Shown here: positions 18,289 to 28,364 of the stretch, one piece after another
How positions within the stretch are numbered: the stretch's first letter is position 1
Layout of the letters: each line of letters starts with the position of its first letter
Origin: Capsulimonadaceae bacterium
GTDB lineage: Bacteria > Armatimonadota > Armatimonadia > Armatimonadales > Capsulimonadaceae
DNA: 64,000 bases
Direction of reading: 5' to 3'
Assembly: GCA_965215505.1 (NCBI GenBank)
Contig: OZ244065.1
Location: 96,001 to 160,000, forward strand
Position numbers and translations under genes: made by a program
Notes under the pieces: generated by a model
The model's input: only the letters and a program-made list of their open reading frames with translations
The model's database searches: none
Told to the model about the DNA's origin: nothing

Positions 18289-21126
18289 CTAGTTGCCGGC
18301 CTTCATGCTCAGTCCGGCGCTTTTAAGGCCCGTTGCGCTCGCCGTGAGTGAGATGCCGCCGGGCCGCTCGCCAGCGCCGACGATGACCATGCACTTGCCG
18401 TTGAAGGCGTGGCGGGAGGAGGCCTTGTCCGGCTCGTGGTTCGTCGGGTCGCCGTTGCCGACGCCCGCGACGTGGCCCGCGCCCGTGACGGCGAACGTGA
18501 CATCCGTGTCCGCCGTCGGGACGATGCGGCCCTGGGCGTCCACGACGTCCACCTCCACCATCGTCAGGTCCTCGCCGTCCGCCGTCAGGGCGGTCCGGTC
18601 CGTCGTCAGGCGCAGGCCGGCGGGCGCACCGGTCGTTTCCACCTTGTCGGTCGCCATGACCTTGCCCGATGCGTCGAAGCCGCGCGCCTCCAGCGTACCG
18701 GGGGCGTAGGGGACGGACCAGGACAGGTGGCCGTTCGCGGGCATGTCCTTCGCGCCCAGGCTCGCCCCGTTCAGGAAGAGTTCGACGCGGGCGGCGTTGG
18801 AGTAGGCCCAGACGTCAATCGGCTGGCCCTCTTTGCCGGCCCAGTTCCAGTGTGGCAGGACGTGGACGATGGGCTTGTCGCCCCAGACGGCCTGGTAGTA
18901 ATAGTAGCTGTCCTTGGGGAAGCCGCACTCGTCCATGACGCCGAAGTTGGAGTTGATGTCGGGCCACCCGAACGGCGTCGGCTCGCCCTTGTAGTCGAAG
19001 CCCGTCCAGATGTAGCCGCCGGCGACGTAGGGCCGGTCGGCGATGGGCTTCCAGGCGTCTTCCGCCGTCTGCGCCCACGGCGGGGCGTTGACGTCGTAGG
19101 CGCTGACAAAGCCCTTGGTCTGGTCGCCGTAGTAGCGGTCGAACTTGTCCGAGGTGTACACGCCGCGCGTGCTGACCTGGCTGGCCGTCTCGCTGCCGTA
19201 GAGCGGCATCGTGGGGTGTGCCTGGTGGAAACGGTCATACGCGCCGGGGTTGTAGTTGATGCCCTGCAAGTCCTCCACCGAGCTGATGCCGACGGCGGAG
19301 TCGTAGCCGCCGTTCATGGCGCAGGTCACGGGCCGCGTCCCGTCGTCCTGATCCACGACTTTTTTCATCGCCGCGAAGATGCGCGCCGCCGCCGGGCTGC
19401 CCTGGATGCCTTCCTCGTTGCACATGGACCACATGATGATGCTGGGGTGGTTGCGGTCCCGGAGTACCATGCTCTCGACTTCATGCAGGTCCTGGTAGGG
19501 GGTGTTCTGTGAGGCCTTGCCGTTCTCGGTATCGCCGAGGTGCCGGTTCTCGTCCATGACCAGCATTCCCAGCTTGTCGCAGGCGTCCAGCAGCTCGGAG
19601 GTCGGCGGGTTGTGGGACATCCGGTAGGCGTTGCTGCCCATCTCCTTCAGCTTCTTGACGCGCCAGAGAAGCAGGCTGTCCGGCATGGCGACGCCGACCC
19701 CGGCGAAGTCCTGGTGGTTGCACGTTCCCTTGATCTTGACGGGCTTGCCGTTCAGGAAAAAGCCCTGCGCGGCATCAAACCGGATGGTGCGGATGCCGAA
19801 CGGCGTGTCCGTGGCGTCAACGACTTGGCCCCCATGCATGATCTCCGTGTGGAGCGTGTACCGCTGGGGCGTCTCGATGGACCAGAGCGCAGGGCGGGCG
19901 ACGGTGATCTGCTGGCTGACCTGCCGCGAACCGGTCTGGTCGCCGGCGCGCTCTGTGGCCGTGCCGACCACCCTGCCGGCTGGATCAAGGACGCGTGAGA
20001 CGAGCGTGAAGGCCGGGTTCCCGTTGAAATCCGCCGGATAGTCAACGGTCGTCTTCACATTGACGGTCGCGGGGCCGGTGACGCCGTCAGGCCCCGGCTC
20101 AACCATCTTGGTGCTGACGAACGTGCCCCAGGGCGCGATGTGAACCGGATCGGCGACGTTCAGCCAGACGTGGCGGTAGATGCCGCCGCCCTCGTACCAC
20201 CAGCCCTCGGACTTCTGCGCGTTGGTCTGCACGGCCAGCACGTTCCTGCCCCCATAGTGGGCGGCCTGGCTGATGTCATACCGGAACGGGGTGTAGCCGC
20301 AGGGGTGTTCGCCCAGCAGGACCCCATTCAGATAGACCTTGCTGTCGCGGTACGCGCCGTCGAAGTCCAGCCAAAGGGCTTTTCCTTTGTCCGAAGCGGG
20401 CAGCGTAAACGTCTTCCGATACCAGGCCCCCGTCGGGATCAGCGAGCCGTGACTGGGATCACCCTGGGGCGTGAAGGCCGACTCCACGACGTAATCATGC
20501 GGCAGGTGGACGGTGCGCCAGGCGGCGTCGCTCATCTCCGGCTGGGACGGGTCGCCGCCGCCCGATGTGGGCGCGGCGGTGAGGCCCAGCGTGACCGGGG
20601 CGGTGATGCCGCCGCCGCCCGCCGTGTTCTCGACCAGGACGGCCAGGGTGTTCGGCCCCGCCGCGTTCCAGGCCGCGTCCAGCGGCACTTCAAAGGCATC
20701 ATTCCAGCCCTCATGGTGCGTCAGCCTCTGGCCGTTGAGGTAGACGGTGGCGTTGTCATCCACGCCGTCAAAGCGCAGGGTCCGCCCCCGCGCGGCCAGG
20801 GCCGGCAGCGTCGTCCGGAACCAGGCGAACCCGCTGCGGCCCTGGAAGACGTCCGCGCCGTCCGCCGCAGTCTGCCAGTCGCCGCCGGCCGTGTCCAGTG
20901 TGGCGGCCGTCATGGCCGTGGCCTCGTCCGCCTGACCGACGCGCCAGCGCCATCCGGTCACGGAGACGGCGTTCCGGAGGACGACCGGCGCGTCCTGATG
21001 GAAGCGCCAGCCGGCGTCCATCAGGATGTGCTGCCGGGCGGAAGGCGCGGCGGCCTGCGCCTGAGAATGCGTGAGTGCGGCGGCTCCGAGTGTCAGCGCG
21101 CCGAGCAGGGCAAGGTTCTTTTTCAT
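18289..21126 (-). CDS. GH2 beta-galactosidase (GalA-like), secreted
   Basis: WWYEGGGIYRHV, KGTCNHQD, RMSHNP, RDRNHPSIIMWSMCNEE, WTGFDYKGEPTP; start MKKNLALL. Confidence 0.93.
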   Translation of the reverse strand: MKKNLALLGALTLGAAALTHSQAQAAAPSARQHILMDAGWRFHQDAPVVLRNAVSVTGWRWRVGQADEATAMTAATLDTAGGDWQTAADGADVFQGRSGFAWFRTTLPALAARGRTLRFDGVDDNATVYLNGQRLTHHEGWNDAFEVPLDAAWNAAGPNTLAVLVENTAGGGGITAPVTLGLTAAPTSGGGDPSQPEMSDAAWRTVHLPHDYVVESAFTPQGDPSHGSLIPTGAWYRKTFTLPASDKGKALWLDFDGAYRDSKVYLNGVLLGEHPCGYTPFRYDISQAAHYGGRNVLAVQTNAQKSEGWWYEGGGIYRHVWLNVADPVHIAPWGTFVSTKMVEPGPDGVTGPATVNVKTTVDYPADFNGNPAFTLVSRVLDPAGRVVGTATERAGDQTGSRQVSQQITVARPALWSIETPQRYTLHTEIMHGGQVVDATDTPFGIRTIRFDAAQGFFLNGKPVKIKGTCNHQDFAGVGVAMPDSLLLWRVKKLKEMGSNAYRMSHNPPTSELLDACDKLGMLVMDENRHLGDTENGKASQNTPYQDLHEVESMVLRDRNHPSIIMWSMCNEEGIQGSPAAARIFAAMKKVVDQDDGTRPVTCAMNGGYDSAVGISSVEDLQGINYNPGAYDRFHQAHPTMPLYGSETASQVSTRGVYTSDKFDRYYGDQTKGFVSAYDVNAPPWAQTAEDAWKPIADRPYVAGGYIWTGFDYKGEPTPFGWPDINSNFGVMDECGFPKDSYYYYQAVWGDKPIVHVLPHWNWAGKEGQPIDVWAYSNAARVELFLNGASLGAKDMPANGHLSWSVPYAPGTLEARGFDASGKVMATDKVETTGAPAGLRLTTDRTALTADGEDLTMVEVDVVDAQGRIVPTADTDVTFAVTGAGHVAGVGNGDPTNHEPDKASSRHAFNGKCMVIVGAGERPGGISLTASATGLKSAGLSMKAGN

Positions 21127-21226
21127 GGGTGAAGTCTTAAAAGGGCGAGGGGTGGATTTCCTGATGACGGAAGGGCAGGGGCGAACGCCCCGCGTGTCCT
21201 TCCCGCGAAAGATGAGGATTACGGAA

Positions 21227-21255
21227 ATTATACTACAGGTGGGAACAAAAAGCAA
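21227..21255 (-). promoter_or_regulatory. sigma70-type promoter of the CAZyme cluster
   Basis: TTGCTT-17 nt-TATAAT on the minus strand. Confidence 0.65.
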
Positions 21256-21300
21256 GCAGAATGCAGGGGATAGGGCGACGGCGCACCACTCGGGTTTTCC

Positions 21301-21450
21301 AGCCCATGCCATGAATGGCACGGCTAAACGGCGCAGACGCCACGAAGTACCGCTTCGCGGCACTCGGAAAGAGGTCAGAAGAGTCTTAGCCCCGCGAAGC
21401 GGTGCTTCCTAGCCGAAGGCTGAATAGCCGTGCCATTCATGGCATGGGCT
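21301..21450. repeat. REPIN-like palindromic element
   Basis: Perfect 26-bp terminal inverted repeat AGCCCATGCCATGAATGGCACGGCTA, plus an inner 16/17 inverted repeat (21344-21360 / 21392-21408). Confidence 0.85.
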
Positions 21451-21509
21451 TCATAAAATAAAAGCCGCATCCTGTTCGGTTTCCTCTAACCACGCACATA
21501 CTATCAGTA

Positions 21510-23060
21510 ATGCAGCACGAACAACAGAAATCACCGGCCTCGGACACGGCACTCCTGCGGCGGTTCGTGCGGCGGGGGAGGCAGGCGGCCTTCGCGGAGC
21601 TGGTCGCCCGGTACTCCGGCCTGGTCTACTCGACCTGCCTGCGCGACGTGCGCGACGCCGCCGTGGCCGAGGACGCCGCCCAGGCCGTCTTCCTACTCCT
21701 GGCGCGCAAAGCGCCGACGTTCGGCGCGGGGGCTTCCCTGGCCCCGTGGCTCTACCGGACCGCCCGGCTGGTGTCCCGGAACGCGGCCCAGCAGGAGGCG
21801 CGCGCCCGGCTCCGTGAGCAAAGGCTGGGGCAGCACATGGCGATTGAAGGGGTAGGAGGCGTCGCGGCGGATGATCCGTGGGAGCAGATCGAGCCGTTCC
21901 TCCACGCCGCCCTCGATGCCCTCGGGCGTCAGGACCGGGAGGCGGTCCTGCTGCGCTTCTTCGACGAACGCAGCCTGAAAGAGACCGGCCAGATGCTGGG
22001 GCTTTCGGAGGACGCCGCCCGGATGCGGGTTTCGCGGTCACTGGAGAAGATGCGGCATTACCTCGCGAAAGCAGGCGTCGTCCTGCCGGTGGCCATACTC
22101 GCGGGTCTGCTGACGGAGAAGGCGGTTCATGCCGCGCCCGCGTCACTCCAACAACTGATACTCCAATCCGCCTCCGGCCTCAATGCGCCCGCCGGTCCGG
22201 CATCTATCCTGCGCGCACACCAACTCGCACAAGGAGCTACGAAGACGATGTGGATCACTAAAGCGATTATTACTGGCCTCGTCGGGATCAGCACGACGGG
22301 CGGCCTCGTCGGCATCCTGCACGGCGGGCATCCGCGCCCTGCGATGGTGGCGCAGAACGCGCCCGTTCAGGCACCGCCAGTGGTCACGCCGGAGACGACG
22401 GCTTCAACGCCGCAGGCGATCATCGCCCAGGCCGGTGCCGCGACCGGCGCGCTGAAGTCGCTTCAGGCCGACCTGCACTGGACGCTCCGTGCCGGGCCGG
22501 GAGTGGGCAGGGTGGCGGAGAGCTTCACCCTTCAACGTCCCAATCTCGCGCGCCTCGACCCGGACCCGCAGGACAAGCATGCCGTAAGGACGCTGGTGGA
22601 TGGGACGTTCACCTGGCGCTATCGGCCCGACTCGCGCCTCTTTTCCAGGAACCGGGCGGCTGCGGATGGACGGGACATCGGGGAGAAGGGGCGCAGCGTG
22701 GACTCATTCGTCCGCTTCTTCTTCGCCCCCAGTCTGACGAGCCTGCGCGTCGAGCCGAGCGTGGGCGAACCCGCCCTGCGCTATGTCGGGGTGCAGACCT
22801 GGCACGGCAACCCCTATCAGGTGGTCGAGATCAAGCAGAAGGCACAGCAGTTCCAGGAGGTGGAAAACACGACTCTGGCCTTCTTCGGCGAGGATCACCT
22901 GTTGCACCGAGTCCTGCTCACGACCGTCTTCTCCGACGGCACGGAGAGCTACCTCGAGGCGTATCTTTCCAACCTCCGGACGAACGACACCTTCCCGGCG
23001 GGGACGTTCGTGCTGGTCCCGCCCCAAAACGCGGTGCAGGTGAACACCGTCAACCTCTAG
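21510..23060 (+). CDS. ECF sigma factor with TM segment and C-terminal LolA-like extracytoplasmic domain
   Basis: AFAELVARY, AEDAAQAVFLLLARKA, PWLYRTAR, DREAVLLRFF, AARMRVSRSL; C-terminal LQRPNLAR...DGTFTWRY...F. Confidence 0.88.
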   Translation: MQHEQQKSPASDTALLRRFVRRGRQAAFAELVARYSGLVYSTCLRDVRDAAVAEDAAQAVFLLLARKAPTFGAGASLAPWLYRTARLVSRNAAQQEARARLREQRLGQHMAIEGVGGVAADDPWEQIEPFLHAALDALGRQDREAVLLRFFDERSLKETGQMLGLSEDAARMRVSRSLEKMRHYLAKAGVVLPVAILAGLLTEKAVHAAPASLQQLILQSASGLNAPAGPASILRAHQLAQGATKTMWITKAIITGLVGISTTGGLVGILHGGHPRPAMVAQNAPVQAPPVVTPETTASTPQAIIAQAGAATGALKSLQADLHWTLRAGPGVGRVAESFTLQRPNLARLDPDPQDKHAVRTLVDGTFTWRYRPDSRLFSRNRAAADGRDIGEKGRSVDSFVRFFFAPSLTSLRVEPSVGEPALRYVGVQTWHGNPYQVVEIKQKAQQFQEVENTTLAFFGEDHLLHRVLLTTVFSDGTESYLEAYLSNLRTNDTFPAGTFVLVPPQNAVQVNTVNL

Positions 23061-23082
23061 CAGAAGAGGGGCGAGCCAGAGC

Positions 23083-23113
23083 AAAGGCCACGGGTTTTCA
23101 CCCGTGGCCTTTT
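23083..23113. terminator. Bidirectional terminator between convergent genes
   Basis: AAAGGCCACGGG-TTTTCA-CCCGTGGCCTTTT. Confidence 0.75.
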
Positions 23114-23140
23114 ATTGTTCAACCTGTCCGCGGCGGACTG

Positions 23141-24892
23141 CTATGCGCCGCCCTTGGGGGCGGGCGGCGCTTTGACGGCCTTCACCTTCTGGCCTTCGTG
23201 CAGGCTGTCGCTCGGGGTGGAGACGACCTGCTGGCCGGAGCGGATGCCCTGCGTGATCTCGATGGTCTGGCCGAAGTCGCGGCCCACCGTGACCGGCTGG
23301 AAGTGCAGCTTGCTGTCCTGGCCGACGAGGATGACCTGCGTGTTGCTGGCGTCGGTGACGAGGGCGGTGCCGGGGATCGTGACCGCGCCGCCGGGGTGCG
23401 GGACGCGCAGATGCACCTCGGCAAACATACCGGGCTTCAGAGCGCCGTTCGGGTTATTCAGCCGCACCTCGGTGACGAGGGTGCGTGAGGTGGCGTCGAA
23501 GGCACCGGCAGAGCGGGTGACGAGGCCCTTGAACTTCCGGCCCGCCATTTCGCGCACCGCCACATCCGCCTGCTGGCCGACGCCGACCACGCCGAGGTAG
23601 GTCTGCGGGACGTTCAGGTACAGCCGCAGGGTGCCGAGCTGGGCGATGGAAAACAGGCTGGAGTTCCCGCCGCCCCCGCTGCCGGAGGTCGAGCCGCCTA
23701 GGGTGCTGCCGCCGGCCGCGCTGCCCGAGGAGGCCGAACCCGCCTGGCCGCTGCCGACGCTGGAACTGTCGCCGCTCGGGCTGCCCGACGCCCCGATGAG
23801 CGCCCCGTTCTCGACGTTGCGGGCCGTGATGATGCCCGCGAACGGTGCGCGGACGCCCTGGAACCCTTGCAGGGTCGTAAAGCGTGCGACGTTCGCCTGG
23901 GCAGACCGGACGTTATCCTGGGCGGCAGTAATGGCCGCCCTCGCGGACCGGGCATTCGCCTGGGCCGCGCCGACGGCGGCCCGGCCCGCCTGGACTCCGG
24001 CGAGGTAAGCGGAGACGTTTGCCTGGCTCGAGCCGACGGCATCACGGTAGGCGCTGACGTTCGCCTCGGAGGCGCGCAGGGCGGAGGCCAGGGCGCGGAC
24101 ATTGGCGGTATTGGTCTGCTCGGAGGCGACCGCCTGGTCGGTGGTCTGCTGGTCGATCGCGCCCTCGGCCAGCAGGTTACGGTAGCGCTGGGCGGTGACG
24201 CGGGCGAGGTTCAGGTTGGCCTGCGCCTGTGCGAGCTGGGCGTCCTGCTGGGCGGCGGCCTCCTGGGCCTGGGCCAGTGCGGCGCGGGCGCGGGCGAGGT
24301 CCGTCCGCGCCTGCTCGAACTGCGCCTGGGCACGGGACAGGTTGGCCGCCCCCTGGGAGACGTTGGCCTGCTGCTGGCCCAGATTCGCCTGGGCCTGCGT
24401 GACGGCGGCCTGGGCCTGGGAGACCTGGGCGCGTGCCTGCGTGACTTGCTGGTCCAGATCGGGCGTCGCGATGGTCGCCAGCAGTTGTCCGGCCTTGACC
24501 TTGTCTCCGATGTCCGCGTAGTAGTGCTTAACGTAGCCGGAGGCACGGGCGACGATGGCGGTCTGCTGGACGGCCTGGATGTTGCCGGGCAGGGTCAGGT
24601 CGTCGAAGGCGGGCGGCGGCTGGACCGACACGGTGTTGACGGTCGGCGTGGCGTCCGCCTGCGTCTGGCTCTTGGCGTCCGCCTTGACCTGCTTGTTCCG
24701 GCCCAGGCGCGGCAGCACGGCGATCACGAAAATGATCCCGAAGATCACGGCGAGGATCGCCGCCAGCCGCCAGATGCGGCCCTTGTGGTCGTCCTTCTTT
24801 GCGCCGCCGTCCTGCTGCCTGGCCTCCTGCGGCTGGTCGTCCTGCTTCTGCTGGTCCGGCTCCGTGTCGGGTTTCTTGTATGTTGTGGCCAT
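23141..24892 (-). CDS. RND efflux periplasmic adaptor (MFP) with extended coiled coil
   Basis: ARASGYV...DIGDKVKAGQLLA, VRAPFAGIITAR, LKPGMFAEV. Confidence 0.93.
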   Translation of the reverse strand: MATTYKKPDTEPDQQKQDDQPQEARQQDGGAKKDDHKGRIWRLAAILAVIFGIIFVIAVLPRLGRNKQVKADAKSQTQADATPTVNTVSVQPPPAFDDLTLPGNIQAVQQTAIVARASGYVKHYYADIGDKVKAGQLLATIATPDLDQQVTQARAQVSQAQAAVTQAQANLGQQQANVSQGAANLSRAQAQFEQARTDLARARAALAQAQEAAAQQDAQLAQAQANLNLARVTAQRYRNLLAEGAIDQQTTDQAVASEQTNTANVRALASALRASEANVSAYRDAVGSSQANVSAYLAGVQAGRAAVGAAQANARSARAAITAAQDNVRSAQANVARFTTLQGFQGVRAPFAGIITARNVENGALIGASGSPSGDSSSVGSGQAGSASSGSAAGGSTLGGSTSGSGGGGNSSLFSIAQLGTLRLYLNVPQTYLGVVGVGQQADVAVREMAGRKFKGLVTRSAGAFDATSRTLVTEVRLNNPNGALKPGMFAEVHLRVPHPGGAVTIPGTALVTDASNTQVILVGQDSKLHFQPVTVGRDFGQTIEITQGIRSGQQVVSTPSDSLHEGQKVKAVKAPPAPKGGA

Positions 24893-24917
24893 GTATTTGT
24901 TTCTTAACTAGCTGCGG

Positions 24918-27900
24918 TCACACAGGCTGGGCCTGCTCCTCTTCGGCGGGATGACGGCGCTTGGCGGGCCGCGTCTTCTTGTCGTCCTCATCGTCCTCGT
25001 CGTAGGACTTCACATCGCCACGGCGCAGGACGCTGTAGGAGATCGGGACGATGAACAGAGTCGTCAGGGTGGCGATCAGCAGGCCGCCGATGACGGCCCG
25101 GCCGAGAGGCGCGTTCTGCTCGCCGCCTTCGCCCAGAGCCAGCGCCATCGGGATCATGCCCAGGATCATCGCCAGGGCCGTCATCAGGACGGGCCGCAGG
25201 CGGGTGTACCCGGCATCAATGGCCGCCTCCATCGCGCTCAGGCCCTCCGCCCGGCGTTCGTTGGCGAAGGTCACGACCAGGACGCTGTTGGCGGTGGAAA
25301 CGCCGATGGTCATGATCGCGCCGGTCAGGGACGGCACGTTGAGCGTCGTCTGCGTCACGAACAGCATCCACAGGATGCCGGCCAGCGCGCCCGGCGCACC
25401 GGAGACGACGACGAGCGGGTCAAGCCAGGACTGGAAGTTGACGGCCAGCAGCAGGTAGACCAGCACGACCGCCCCGATCAGGCCCAGGGTCAGGCCGGTG
25501 AACGAGGTGTTCATGGACTCCACCTGGCCACGCACGGTAATCGTGCTGCCGTGCGGGAGCTTCTTATTCACGCTCTTGACCGCCTGGCCGATGTCCGAGG
25601 CGATGCCGCCCAGGTCGCGGTTCTGGGCGCTGGCGAAGATGTCATAGGTCGGCTGGATGTTGTAGTGGCTGATGACCAGGGCGTCCGTGCCGTGGCTCAG
25701 GGTCGCGAGGTTATTGAGCTGCTGTGGGGTCGCCTGTCCGGGCACGGAGATCGGCGTGTTCAGCAGGGCCTCGGGCGTGTCCAGCCGGTACTGCGGCGTC
25801 TGAACCGTGACGCCGTAGACGACGCCGTTCTGCTGGTTCAGGTAGAAGTTGGGCGAGGCGGTGCCCGTACCGGCCAGCGAAACCAGGAGGGCCTGCGAGA
25901 CGTCCCGCTGGGTCAGCCCGACCTGGGCGGCCCGGATGCGGTCCACGTCTATGTGCAGGGTGGGGGCATCGGTGATCTGCTGCAAGTGGACGTCGGCGGC
26001 ACCGGGGATGCCGGCGATCTTGGCCGTGAGCTGCTGCGCGACGGCGAGGTCGCCCGCCGCGTTGCGGTTCGGCCCGGACACCTTGACGTCAATGGGCGCG
26101 GGCAGCCCGAAGTTAAGGATCTGGTTGACGATGTCGGCGGGCTGGAAGAAGAACGTGTCGCCCGGAAACTGCTTCGGGAGCGTCCGGCGCAGGGCCTCGA
26201 CGTACTGCGCGGTCGGGTGGTGTTTGGACTTCAGCGTCACCAGTATCTCGCCGTCGGACGGTCCGACCGTGGCGCTGTCGCCGTAGGCGAGGTTGACGAA
26301 GACCGGCTCGCCGATGTTGTCCAGGACAAGCTCCGTCTCGCTGTCCGGGACGGTCTTGCGGATTTGGGCCTCCACCTGGCTGAAGACGCGGGCGGTCTCC
26401 TCCAGCCGCGTCGCGGGCGGGACGCGGACGTGGAGCCGGAACTGGCCGGCGTCCACCTGCGGGAAGAAGTCGCGCCCGATGAACGGGTACAGGCAGAACG
26501 AGAGGCCGCAGAAGACCAGGAACAGGACGCTCACCGCGACCCGGTGGTCCATCACCCAACTCAGCCGGTCCTTGTAGCCCTCGCGCATCCCTTCGAATCG
26601 CGTGTTGAAGGCCGCGTGGGTGCGCCAGACGATGCCCTTCTTCTGCTTCTCGACGGCCTTCTGCTCGTCGGTCTGCTCGGGCTTATGGCCGCTGCCGTTC
26701 TGCCCGTTCCCATTGCTGTGGCCGTTCGAGCCGTTGCCGTTGCGCCCGTTCATACGCGCCAGGCCGTCCTGGGCGTGCTTTCCGCGCGCCTGACCGTTCT
26801 TGCCGTTGCTGCCATTGACACCGTTGCCGCCGTTGTCCTGCCCGGCGTGTTCCTTGCCCTCCTCGGCGAACAGGGCGGTTTCCTTCGGCAGCAGGAACAT
26901 GGCGAACGTCGGCGTGACGGTCCGGGACAACAGGTAGGAGGCCAGCATGGCGAAGATGACCGCCTCAGCCAGCGGCAGGAACAGGGACTTGGCGACGCCC
27001 GACAGGAACGCCATCGGGATGAAGACGATGCAGATGGAGAGCGTGGACACCAGGGCGGGCAGGGCGATCTCCGCCGATCCTTCCAAGATGGCTTGGCGTA
27101 ATGACCGGCCCATGCCGAGGTAGCGGTTGATGTTCTCGATCGTCACCGTCGTGTCGTCCACGAGGATGCCGACGGCGAGTGCAAGCCCGCCCAACGTCGT
27201 CGTGTTCAGGGACTGCCCCAGGCAGTTCAGGACGGCGATGGAGGCCAGGATGGACAGGGGAATGGACACCGCGACGATCAAGGTGGAGCGCAGGCTGCCC
27301 AGGAACAGCAGGATCATCAGGGCCGTCAGGCAGGCGGCGATGGTCGCCTCGCGGATGACGCCCTGGACACTGGCCTTGACGAAGACGGACTGGTCGGCGA
27401 TGAGCTGGATCTTGAGCGCGTCGGGCAGCGTGGACTTGATGCGCGGCAGGGCCTCCCGGATGCGGTTCACGACGTCCAGCGTGGACGCTTTGCCGCTCTT
27501 GTTGATCTGAATCAGCACGGCGCGCTTGCCGTTCTGGTTGACGATGTTTTGCTGGATGCCGTAGCCGTCGCGGACGTGGGCGACGTCCTTGATCGTGATG
27601 ACTGCGCCGTTCACCTGTTTGATGGGGATGTCGTTAAACTGCTCGACGGCGTCCGGGCTGCTGTTGATGGAGACGTTGTAGTCGCGCGACCCGATCTTGG
27701 CGTCGCCCGAGGGCAGGACGAGGTTCTGCGCGCTGATGGCGTTGGACACGTCGGACGGCGACAGGCCGTAGGAGGTGAGCGCCTGCGGGTCGATGTCCAC
27801 GTTGATCAGGCGGCCCCGTCCGCCAAAGGGGAGGGGCACCTGCGCGCCCTGGACGGTCGCCATCTGGGTGCGGATGAAGTTGGTGCTGAGGTCGGAAAGC

Positions 27901-28358
27901 TGCTGCTCGGGCAGGGTGTCGCTGCTGACGGCGGCCTGGATGACCGGCACGTCGCTGGCATCGTAGCGCAGGATGTAGGGCGGCTGGGTTCCAGGCGGCA
28001 GGATGCGCTGGATGGTCTGCGAGGTCGCCACCGTCTGCGCGATGCCCTGGGCGATGTCCGCGCCGGGCTGGAAGTAGATGCGGATGACGCCGACGCCCGA
28101 GACGGACTGCGACTCGGTGTGTTCGATGTCGTTGACTGAGGTGGTGTAGGCGCGCTCGCTCTGGGTGACGAACCGCTTCTCCATGTCGTTGGGCGTGAAG
28201 CCGGGGTAGGACCAGATGACGGTCACGACCGGCAGATCAATGGCGGGGAACACGTCCGTCGCCATCGTCAGGATGCTGCCGACGCCCGCCAGCAGGATGA
28301 CCAGCGCGAGGACGGCGAATGTGTAGGGCTTGCTCAGAGCCAGCTTGACGATCCACAT
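24918..28358 (-). CDS. RND efflux permease (AcrB/AcrD/AcrF family)
   Basis: GGLALAVGILVDD, RLRPVLMTALAMILGMIP, APLGRAVIGGL. Confidence 0.96.
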   Translation of the reverse strand: MWIVKLALSKPYTFAVLALVILLAGVGSILTMATDVFPAIDLPVVTVIWSYPGFTPNDMEKRFVTQSERAYTTSVNDIEHTESQSVSGVGVIRIYFQPGADIAQGIAQTVATSQTIQRILPPGTQPPYILRYDASDVPVIQAAVSSDTLPEQQLSDLSTNFIRTQMATVQGAQVPLPFGGRGRLINVDIDPQALTSYGLSPSDVSNAISAQNLVLPSGDAKIGSRDYNVSINSSPDAVEQFNDIPIKQVNGAVITIKDVAHVRDGYGIQQNIVNQNGKRAVLIQINKSGKASTLDVVNRIREALPRIKSTLPDALKIQLIADQSVFVKASVQGVIREATIAACLTALMILLFLGSLRSTLIVAVSIPLSILASIAVLNCLGQSLNTTTLGGLALAVGILVDDTTVTIENINRYLGMGRSLRQAILEGSAEIALPALVSTLSICIVFIPMAFLSGVAKSLFLPLAEAVIFAMLASYLLSRTVTPTFAMFLLPKETALFAEEGKEHAGQDNGGNGVNGSNGKNGQARGKHAQDGLARMNGRNGNGSNGHSNGNGQNGSGHKPEQTDEQKAVEKQKKGIVWRTHAAFNTRFEGMREGYKDRLSWVMDHRVAVSVLFLVFCGLSFCLYPFIGRDFFPQVDAGQFRLHVRVPPATRLEETARVFSQVEAQIRKTVPDSETELVLDNIGEPVFVNLAYGDSATVGPSDGEILVTLKSKHHPTAQYVEALRRTLPKQFPGDTFFFQPADIVNQILNFGLPAPIDVKVSGPNRNAAGDLAVAQQLTAKIAGIPGAADVHLQQITDAPTLHIDVDRIRAAQVGLTQRDVSQALLVSLAGTGTASPNFYLNQQNGVVYGVTVQTPQYRLDTPEALLNTPISVPGQATPQQLNNLATLSHGTDALVISHYNIQPTYDIFASAQNRDLGGIASDIGQAVKSVNKKLPHGSTITVRGQVESMNTSFTGLTLGLIGAVVLVYLLLAVNFQSWLDPLVVVSGAPGALAGILWMLFVTQTTLNVPSLTGAIMTIGVSTANSVLVVTFANERRAEGLSAMEAAIDAGYTRLRPVLMTALAMILGMIPMALALGEGGEQNAPLGRAVIGGLLIATLTTLFIVPISYSVLRRGDVKSYDEDDEDDKKTRPAKRRHPAEEEQAQPV

Positions 28359-28364
28359 AGGGTC

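Noticed and set aside
21176..21205. Degenerate REP-like GCAGGGGCGAACGCCCC upstream of the GH2 gene
   Set aside because: Too short and degenerate to assign without genome-wide copies
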